NCBI RefSeq assembly: GCF_964030745.1
Contig: NZ_OZ034918.1
Location: 900,001 to 932,000, forward strand
Direction: 5' to 3'
Length of the DNA: 32,000 nucleotides
DNA from: Candidatus Saccharimonadota bacterium
Lineage (GTDB): Bacteria > Bacteroidota > Bacteroidia > Cytophagales > Amoebophilaceae
The notes under the pieces are model-generated. The model worked only from the letters and a program-made list of their open reading frames with translations. It searched no databases and had not been told where the DNA came from. Position 1 is the first letter of the stretch, and each line of letters starts with the position of its first letter. A program made the position numbers and the translations under genes. This document shows positions 25,542-32,000 of this stretch, in pieces.

Positions 25542-28157
25542 ATGACTAAGCCCTTCTTGCCACAACGGTATAATTTTTTAGAACGGGAAAGCCATTGGCG
25601 CCGCTTTTGGGAAACAGAGGCGTTATATAGCTGGGACCCCACTGCTTCTCGTTCAGATACTTTTGTAGTAGACACACCGCCTCCTACTATTTCTGGGCAG
25701 CTGCACATAGGCCATGCTTGCAGCTATGCACAAGCTGATTTTATTGTACGCTTTCAACGCATGTTGGGTAAAAATATTTTTTATCCGATGGGATTTGATG
25801 ACAATGGTTTGCCTACAGAACGGTTGGTAGAAAAACAAAAAGGTGTGCGTGCAGCCAGTATGGATAGGGCAGCTTTTATAGGGTTATGTCAAGAGGTAGT
25901 GGCTACACAAGAGGAACATTTTAGGAATCTTTTTAAGGCTATGGCATTGTCTGTTGACTGGAGCCTAGAATATCAGACGATTAGCCCATTGTCTCGTAAG
26001 CTTTCGCAGATGTCTTTTTTGTCACTTTTAAAGAAAGGTGAGCTATACCGTAGTGCACAGCCTATGTTGTGGGATCCAGTAGATGGTACTGCTTTGGCAC
26101 AAGCGGATATTGAAGATAAGGAGCGTACTGCTTATATGCATGAGATCCTATTTACACATGAAGCGACGCAGGCTCCCTTAGCCATTGCTACGACCAGGCC
26201 GGAGTTGTTGCCTGCTTGTGTGGCTTTGTTCTACCATCCAGATGACCCGCGTTACCAACAGCTTGCCCATACTTATGCCATTGCCCCTATATTTAACATC
26301 AGGGTTCCTATTTTAGCAGATACCTTGGTGCAACCCAATAAGGGAACTGGTTTGGTGATGTGTTGTACTTTTGGAGACCAAACTGATATTATATGGTGGA
26401 AAAAGCATCAACTACCTACTTGTATCATTCTGAATAAGCAGGGTAGGGTTACGCATGCTGGTCCATTGGAAGGGTTAAAGGTCACAGAAGCACGTGAAAA
26501 AATCATTCAAATCTTAAAAGAGCAGTCGTTTTTGGTCAAGCAAACGCTCGTGCATCAATCTGTAAAATGTGCAGAACGTTCTGGCGCGCCCTTAGAGATT
26601 TTGACGACTCCTCAATGGTTCGTACGGACCATAGACCATAAAGCAGCACTGTTGGCTAAAATTGATCAACTCAAATGGCACCCTGCTTCGATGCAGCATA
26701 GGCTCAAGGAATGGGTAGGTGGTGTGGCTTGGGATTGGTGTATGAGCCGCCAGCGTTATTTTGGCGTACCTTTTCCTGTTTGGTATTCTAAGAGGGCTGG
26801 AGAGGAAGGTAAAGTTTTGTTGCCCACTATAGCCCAACTGCCTGTGAATCCTCTTGAGGATCTGCCGATAGGCTATACAAGGGAAGAGGTAGAGCCGGAC
26901 TATGATGTGATGGATACTTGGGCAACGAGTAGTATTTCGCCACAGCTTTCTTCTCATGCGATTGATAAGGACTATAGTGTGGATTATAATAGACATCTGC
27001 AGTTATTTCCTATGGATTTGCGGCCACAAGCCCATGAAATTATACGGACTTGGGCCTTTTATACCTTGCTGAAAGCCCATTTGCATGAGGATAGTCTGCC
27101 TTGGAAAAATGTTATGATCCATGGGTGGTGTCTGGCGTCAGATAAGCAGAAAATGTCTAAGTCTAAAGGCAATGTGTTGCTACCTGAAAAGCTTTTAGAA
27201 ACATATGGGGCGGATGTTATCCGTTATTGGGCAGCCAATGCGCGTTTGGGTGCAGATACGCACTATTGTGATAATGTGATGAAAAATGGAAAACGGTTGG
27301 TTACGAAGTTATGGAATGCCGGCAAGTTTATTTTGAGCCATTTTGATCAAGTAGAAGGGTTCAATCAGCTGTTTGAGTGGCAAAAGATCACCCATACGCT
27401 AGATAAATGGCTGTTACAATCACTAGCAGAACTGACTAAAAAGGTTCATCTGCAGTTCCTATCCTATGGGTATGCCGAGGCGTTGGAGTCGGTAGAAAGA
27501 TTTTTTTGGTCTGTGTTTTGTGATGATTATATTGAGATTAGTAAAGCCAGGGTTTATGATAGCCCTCTTTCGAAAGCGGTTTGTGATGCGCAATTTTTAG
27601 GAGAAGTGCAGTCGAGCACCGCAGAATACTCGCCTGTATTTGAGGAGCATAGACTAGCTTCGACACCAAAATTGCCATTAGAAATCGAGTTTCGAAAGAG
27701 GGCTGGGTTGCAGCAGGATAGGCAGGGGCAGTCTAGCGCTATGCTAACGCTTTACCATGCCTTTTATGGTCTGTTACAGCTTTTTGCGCCTATTTTACCC
27801 TATATCACGGAAGAACTTGCTCAGGGGATGTATCCCCATAAAGGCTCTATTCACCAAAGGGGTAATTGGCCCAAATGGCCATTGGATACTATGCTCAGTC
27901 AAGCGGAATTAGACCAGGTTGCCCATCTTAGGGAAATCATTGGGTTGGTACGTAAGGCGAAAGCTGATGGTAAGCGTTCTATAAAGGCGCCGATTGAGTT
28001 GTTGGCCATTAGGGGTACGGTTTTAGATGAGGATTTACGTGAAGACCTTCAAGCTGTGACGGCTGCTACAGAGGTTGTGTTTGGTGACCTGGCGTTGGAT
28101 GGTATGGAGTTGCAGGTGGTGGGTAAACAGTGTGCGATAGGGATTGTGTGGGGGTAA
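25542..28157 (+). CDS. valS: Valine--tRNA ligase, archaeal/actinobacterial-type, carrying a 48-codon in-frame palindromic-element insertion
   Basis: 871 aa. HIGH (SGQLHIGH) and KMSKS (QKMSKSKGN) motifs. Also [12 protein letters not shown], editing-domain block [23 protein letters not shown], and [17 protein letters not shown]. Confidence 0.93.
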   Translation: MTKPFLPQRYNFLERESHWRRFWETEALYSWDPTASRSDTFVVDTPPPTISGQLHIGHACSYAQADFIVRFQRMLGKNIFYPMGFDDNGLPTERLVEKQKGVRAASMDRAAFIGLCQEVVATQEEHFRNLFKAMALSVDWSLEYQTISPLSRKLSQMSFLSLLKKGELYRSAQPMLWDPVDGTALAQADIEDKERTAYMHEILFTHEATQAPLAIATTRPELLPACVALFYHPDDPRYQQLAHTYAIAPIFNIRVPILADTLVQPNKGTGLVMCCTFGDQTDIIWWKKHQLPTCIILNKQGRVTHAGPLEGLKVTEAREKIIQILKEQSFLVKQTLVHQSVKCAERSGAPLEILTTPQWFVRTIDHKAALLAKIDQLKWHPASMQHRLKEWVGGVAWDWCMSRQRYFGVPFPVWYSKRAGEEGKVLLPTIAQLPVNPLEDLPIGYTREEVEPDYDVMDTWATSSISPQLSSHAIDKDYSVDYNRHLQLFPMDLRPQAHEIIRTWAFYTLLKAHLHEDSLPWKNVMIHGWCLASDKQKMSKSKGNVLLPEKLLETYGADVIRYWAANARLGADTHYCDNVMKNGKRLVTKLWNAGKFILSHFDQVEGFNQLFEWQKITHTLDKWLLQSLAELTKKVHLQFLSYGYAEALESVERFFWSVFCDDYIEISKARVYDSPLSKAVCDAQFLGEVQSSTAEYSPVFEEHRLASTPKLPLEIEFRKRAGLQQDRQGQSSAMLTLYHAFYGLLQLFAPILPYITEELAQGMYPHKGSIHQRGNWPKWPLDTMLSQAELDQVAHLREIIGLVRKAKADGKRSIKAPIELLAIRGTVLDEDLREDLQAVTAATEVVFGDLALDGMELQVVGKQCAIGIVWG
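27561..27704. repeat. 144-bp palindromic element (family P) inserted in frame within valS
   Basis: Termini AGCCCTCTTTCGAAA / TTTCGAAAGAGGGCT are perfect inverted repeats. The interior is about 90% identical to the intergenic copy at 19466-19609 in reverse orientation. Length is 144 bp, or 48 codons. Confidence 0.9.
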
Positions 28158-28218
28158 GGGTTTGGTTTTCAATCAAATAAAGCTATTAGGGGGGGCTTAT
28201 AGCTATTAAAGGACTTAT

Positions 28219-28496
28219 GTATCTATTCACGTCTCTGACTGGCCGCCTTATCTCCTTCGATAAAAAGTCTGGCCCGATAGTAAATAGCTGAATCGATATA
28301 TTTTTCAGCGGGAAAATCGTGAACTCAGCCCGCAAGCGGGCTTCAAACAGACGATTTTCTAATCCACTGAAAAATATATCGCTCAGGTGTTAGTGTTTTA
28401 CTAGAGCGCCATTTTTTATCGAAGGAGACGCGGGACGGGTACTTGGTCAGCTATTTGCTTTTTCAGAAAAACGTAATCACAGTGATGAATGGATAC
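28219..28496 (+). repeat. Full-length family A palindromic MITE-like element (278 bp) flanked by the 8-bp direct repeat GGACTTAT
   Basis: Termini GTATCTATTCAC / GTGATGAATGGATAC. GC-hairpin core at 28302-28374. GGACTTAT at 28211-28218 and 28497-28504. Confidence 0.9.
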
Positions 28497-28500
28497 GGAC

Positions 28501-28691
28501 TTATAGCCGCCGATAAAAAATGGGACACTTCAGTAAACTGTAGTTTTTAAAATATCTGTTTTTCAGCGGATCAGAAAATCATCTTGTTCGAAGCCCGCGT
28601 AGCGGGCTGAGTTTATGATTTTACCGCTGGGAAACAGATATTTTCATTTTTTTTACTGCGTGTCTCATTTTTTATTGGCGGCTGTAATAGC
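28501..28691 (+). repeat. Family B palindromic element (termini TTATAGCCGCCGATAAAAAA / TTTTTTATTGGCGGCTGTAATAGC) with the same GC-hairpin core
   Basis: The inverted termini are visible. The core at 28560-28634 is about 85% identical to 3521-3593. A short derivative without the core lies at 3371-3439. Confidence 0.8.
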
Positions 28692-28789
28692 ATTGACATC
28701 TTAACTTGACTAGATATCTAATTATTAATTAGAGTAAGTTAATCCATCAAGTTCGCGCCATTGAGGACACACTTTCTGAGTGTAACTCT

Positions 28790-29272
28790 TTAATAAGAAG
28801 GGGGGAGTTCTTCAAGAATTTGCAAGGAATTGGGATAATTCGATTCTGTGTTAGGTTCTGTTTCCGTAGAGATGTTAGGGATCCAGTCACGTATAAGAGT
28901 AATATGGAACAGTGACAACCAATTCATAAACTTTTTAATATATTCTTGCTCTTGCTCTATAAATGAGCTATTATGCACTTTCAAATTAAGTACGTACTGG
29001 CTACGCGTTGAAAACGTATTAATATAATTCACTAATACGTCTAATTGCTTCAACCACCTAGTTTGTTCTAGCTTTTCTATAGTTTCTAGTAACTCTTTTG
29101 GTTCTTTTTTATATAGATTTATATCCATATTTGGTTCTGCATCAGGTCCATGGATTTGCTGATAAAGCATCTTATAAATATCGTATATGAATTCGATTTT
29201 TACGTCTTCATCTTCTGTCGAATTGAGTATATCATGGCTGTCTGTTACAAAATCGCTAATATGCTTATGCAT
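28790..29272 (-). CDS. Hypothetical protein, paralogous to repeat modules of the 566-aa lipoprotein; possibly the 3' part of a disrupted gene
   Basis: 160 aa. IYKMLYQQIHGPD...KEPKELLETIEKL and LVNYINTFSTRSQYVLN match modules in 30143-31843. The frame stays open upstream to about 29390 without an ATG. Confidence 0.55.
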   Translation of the reverse strand: MHKHISDFVTDSHDILNSTEDEDVKIEFIYDIYKMLYQQIHGPDAEPNMDINLYKKEPKELLETIEKLEQTRWLKQLDVLVNYINTFSTRSQYVLNLKVHNSSFIEQEQEYIKKFMNWLSLFHITLIRDWIPNISTETEPNTESNYPNSLQILEELPPSY

Positions 29273-29456
29273 TTTTAACTGTTCGCATTCTGTTAATCTG
29301 ATGGCTTGCAGCTTTTTTATAGCTTCTAGTAACTCTTTTGGGTTGTTATTTTGACTTGAATTCAGTACACTAAATACAGGGTTTTTTTACAAAGTATCGT
29401 GTAAATCTGGTGTATTTTCATTACACAATTTTCTAGGGAAGGTTTGTCATATTTAA

Positions 29457-29693
29457 TCAGATCATTTTTAAATCGATGATCGATAGGTAAGGTAATTCAT
29501 TCGGTTGTGTGTCATTGTTGTTGTTATTATTATAAGATGTGGATTCTAGCTCTCTAATCTCATTCTTTATTTGGCTTGCATTACACCCAACTAAATGGAT
29601 AAATAAACCATTAGATACAGCCAGCATTATCGGAAATTTTTTCTTTGAAAAGAAAAAACCCTTGCGGATTGATTTGTTTTTGTTTATACTCAT
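29457..29693 (-). CDS. Lipoprotein signal-peptide fragment (78 aa), N-terminal paralog of the 566-aa lipoprotein; probably the 5' part of a disrupted gene
   Basis: MSINKNKSIRKGFFFSKKKFPIMLAVSNGLFIHLVGC is near-identical to the N-terminus of 30143-31843. The ORF stops after a poly-N tract. Confidence 0.5.
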   Translation of the reverse strand: MSINKNKSIRKGFFFSKKKFPIMLAVSNGLFIHLVGCNASQIKNEIRELESTSYNNNNNNDTQPNELPYLSIIDLKMI

Positions 29694-29793
29694 ATGTGTA
29701 ATTGGTTTTTAATTATAATTTTAGTTTAGGTCCATGCATTAAGAGGCGATACCTTTAGGTGTACGCTACACTTAAAGGTAAATTGGTCAGTTC

Positions 29794-29945
29794 GTATTAT
29801 TCACTGCTGTGGCAGAAAATGCATTTTTTCTAGCTTTTTATGAAAATTTTAACCAAAAATTGGGCAGTTATGTACAATAACTGCCCTAAAATCATGTCTG
29901 AAATAGGTCGAAAAGTAAATTTTAGCCACAATGGTGAATAGATAC
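29794..29945. repeat. 152-bp MITE-like element sharing the GTATCTATTCAC-type terminus but with an unrelated interior
   Basis: GTATTATTCACTGCTGTGGC (left end) versus GCCACAATGGTGAATAGATAC (right end), with 16 of 20 positions matching as an inverted repeat. Central perfect hairpin GGGCAGTTAT-GTAC-ATAACTGCCC. Confidence 0.7.
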
Positions 29946-30142
29946 GTTGATTCATGTATTAGCTCTATATATCGTTATGGCTAAACAAAGTACAAGGAAT
30001 AGTTTAGAGGTTATCTTACTCGAATTCCTGAATCAATTGAACCGGTATCAGAGCCTGAATCGATAAACGGCAACTCATCGAATCTTGCATCGATATCAGA
30101 GGTTGAAGCCGTAAATGAAGATGCATCATATCCTGAATCGAT

Positions 30143-31843
30143 TTAGTTGGTATCTGAATCTGAATCCATAGGGGAATATTTAGTGCATTTTGGACCGAAT
30201 TTTTGTTTTTTATGAGGAAGCAGAGATACGGCACCAATTAATTTACTCAATTTGCACTTCACCTTTTTCAATAGGTTCTCTTTTGTATTAGGTTGTAGTT
30301 CACTATAAACGTTAACCACCAAGTCGTCATACACAGCGTAGAACTTTGTTTCCCAATCAGAATAATCTTGAGGGTTAGTAAGTACCTTACGGCTAGATTC
30401 TACAAAATCATTAATATTTTGTATTAATGAAGCTAGTTTATTGAACTCGGTAGCGCATTTTTCTGTTAACTCTTCTAGAACGTGTGATGGCGATTGTGGT
30501 TTTTGATTTCCATATGACGCTACTGGCTTATATCTATTGATAATGTCATTATAAAGAATAGTATCGAGCTTGCATAGGCTTTGTATTGCCAAAGCATATG
30601 CAACGTTTAATGCCATTTCCTTAGCATATTTTTGGTTTCTTCCAATTTCCTGCGCTTCTTCTTCTTGTAAAAAAACCATAGATAGCATGAACCTTACAAT
30701 CGGGTCAAGCTTCCTAACCAACACTATTAATGAATCTTGCTCGTGGGGGGATAAAGCTGATTGGTTCTTAATATTTTCTTCGTTTGTTAGAACTTGTATA
30801 TCCTCTAATAGCGCTTTTGGTTCTTTATCTATATTCGAATATCGATCACGTTTGTAGATTTTTTTATATAGAATCTTGTGCAAATTATCAAGATTTTCTA
30901 GCGATTTTGGGTTTATACACTGCTGGGCTCCTTTATAAAAGCTCTTGCACAAAGCGTCAATATTCCGGGTTGCTAGTTTGTGGACTTCTCTATAAAGAGA
31001 CGCATAGAATAATGTGTCATCATCATTCCTTTTGATAGCATCCTTTTTGATTGCGCGTATTTTGTTGTCTCTGGAATGAAGGATGCCCCGTATATTGGTT
31101 GCAGCATCGTAAAACGGCTTGCATATAAGCTTCGTTAACTTGATAACCAATTTTGTTGCTAGCTCTTCTATACCGCTTAATAAGCGTTCTAAATTTTGAT
31201 TGCTAATTTCCTCTATTGCATCATATTCGTGTACTTTTTCATAAAGCATCTTGTAGAGTTTGTACGCTTTGTCTGTACAATTTAGAGCTGGAAAATACGA
31301 TAGAATAGCATAGAAGCTCGTTTCGAAATCAGTCATCAAGTTTTTATCAATAGTTTTTTCATTAGTCAGTATGTTACGGCTTGCCTTTACAAATCTATTC
31401 ACCCAATTTATTAATTGGCCTGTTTCCGTCGAATCCACAGCATCTAGGATCGGGTAACCAGGTCCTTTTTGATTTACTACAAAGAGAATTCTGTTCTTTT
31501 GTATGCAGTCTTTTTGATTTTCTATAATTTTTAGTAGCTCTTCTAGCCCTTTATATTGTAGATCAGATCTTTTATTTTCTTCACAAAGAAATTCGCAAAC
31601 CTTGAGTATGTAGTCTTTTAGAGGTTGGTTTGATATTATATAGGATTCTCCATCAAGACCGTATTCTTTGTAAGAACCCACATTGTTTGTTTGTTCTTTC
31701 TCAAGAATAAACCCATTCTTAACCTGGTTATTACACCCCAGTAAATGGATCAACAAACCATTAGATACAGTCAGCATTATCGGAAATTTCTTTTTTGAAA
31801 AGAAAAATCCCTTGCGGATTGATTTATTTTTGTTTAAATTCAT
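30143..31843 (-). CDS. Orphan lipoprotein with internally repeated helical modules
   Basis: 566 aa. Signal peptide with lipobox LLIHLLGC. Repeated modules LINWVNRFVKASRNILTN...DFETSFYA / LIQNINDFVESSRKVLTN...DWETKFYA, and KLYKMLYEKVHEYD...LERLLSGIEEL / LHKILYKKIYKRD...KALLEDIQVL. Confidence 0.75.
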   Translation of the reverse strand: MNLNKNKSIRKGFFFSKKKFPIMLTVSNGLLIHLLGCNNQVKNGFILEKEQTNNVGSYKEYGLDGESYIISNQPLKDYILKVCEFLCEENKRSDLQYKGLEELLKIIENQKDCIQKNRILFVVNQKGPGYPILDAVDSTETGQLINWVNRFVKASRNILTNEKTIDKNLMTDFETSFYAILSYFPALNCTDKAYKLYKMLYEKVHEYDAIEEISNQNLERLLSGIEELATKLVIKLTKLICKPFYDAATNIRGILHSRDNKIRAIKKDAIKRNDDDTLFYASLYREVHKLATRNIDALCKSFYKGAQQCINPKSLENLDNLHKILYKKIYKRDRYSNIDKEPKALLEDIQVLTNEENIKNQSALSPHEQDSLIVLVRKLDPIVRFMLSMVFLQEEEAQEIGRNQKYAKEMALNVAYALAIQSLCKLDTILYNDIINRYKPVASYGNQKPQSPSHVLEELTEKCATEFNKLASLIQNINDFVESSRKVLTNPQDYSDWETKFYAVYDDLVVNVYSELQPNTKENLLKKVKCKLSKLIGAVSLLPHKKQKFGPKCTKYSPMDSDSDTN

Positions 31844-32000
31844 GCGTGTAATTGGTTTGCAATTATATGTTTATAGTCTCGTCTAGACCCATGCATTGAG
31901 AGACGCTACCAGTGTGCGCAGCATGCACCTGACAGTAAAACGATCACTTGATGTATGGGTTCTTTTATACACCTTACTAGCCGTGTAAAAGATTATGCAA

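Noticed and set aside
1024-28157. Antisense ORFs inside conserved genes (for example 1024-1275, 1603-1806, 4038-4469, 4160-4414, 11667-12101, 12170-12355, 13590-13817, 26592-26996, 22933-23157)
   Set aside because: Each is fully embedded opposite a gene with strong family motifs and has no recognisable features of its own.
30011-30142. Reading the DSGxxS-like strings (DSGYDAS, DSGSDTGS) as eukaryotic beta-TrCP-type phosphodegron mimics
   Set aside because: The motif is too short and degenerate, it lies after a stop codon, and there is no evidence of secretion into a host. This is noted only as speculation.
30016-30237. ORF 30016-30237(-), 73 aa
   Set aside because: It is out of frame with, and overlaps, the end of the 566-aa gene. 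The in-frame continuation after the TAA (IDSG-repeat tail) explains the open sequence better.
1-32000. Possibility that the recurring palindromic repeats form a CRISPR array
   Set aside because: The copies are dispersed over 30 kb, differ in length, are nested within each other, and have no regular repeat-spacer periodicity. There are also no cas genes.

Overview
AT-rich bacterial chromosomal window (about 35-40% GC by eye). The gene content fits a Bacteroidota-type, probably host-associated or intracellular organism. That placement is an inference from the murF-alr fusion, an Rpn/TIGR01784-type nuclease gene, an IS481 element, many orphan lipoproteins and dense palindromic repeats, and it needs a database search. 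Layout: (1) A long minus-strand housekeeping run from 0.5 to 14.6 kb: murF-alr fusion, tRNA-Lys(UUU), prfA, rplT, rpmI, infC, lgt, pepA, ssb, a long ddl-like ATP-grasp ligase, clpX, clpP, miaA. (2) An accessory patch from 14.5 to 21.6 kb: paralogous orphan lipoproteins with low-complexity K/N/Q tracts, a 5'-truncated Rpn-like nuclease gene, a complete IS481-family element with no target duplication, an LpxL-type acyltransferase, and small secreted proteins. (3) Two large plus-strand genes. One encodes a 1178-aa Na+/solute symporter fused to extra TM helices, a kinase-like module without catalytic motifs and a RelA/SpoT-type HD domain whose catalytic residues are all substituted. The other is an archaeal/actinobacterial-type valS. 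(4) A minus-strand family of repeat-containing lipoproteins from 28.8 to 31.8 kb. Most intergenic gaps longer than 100 bp are occupied by nested palindromic MITE-like elements. At least four different interiors share the terminus GTATCTATTCAC, and a roughly 73-bp GC-hairpin core is present in some copies and absent in others. A separate 144-bp palindromic element has two intergenic copies and one copy inserted in frame inside valS, analogous to Rickettsia palindromic elements. No CRISPR array, rRNA or recognisable defence or toxin system was seen.
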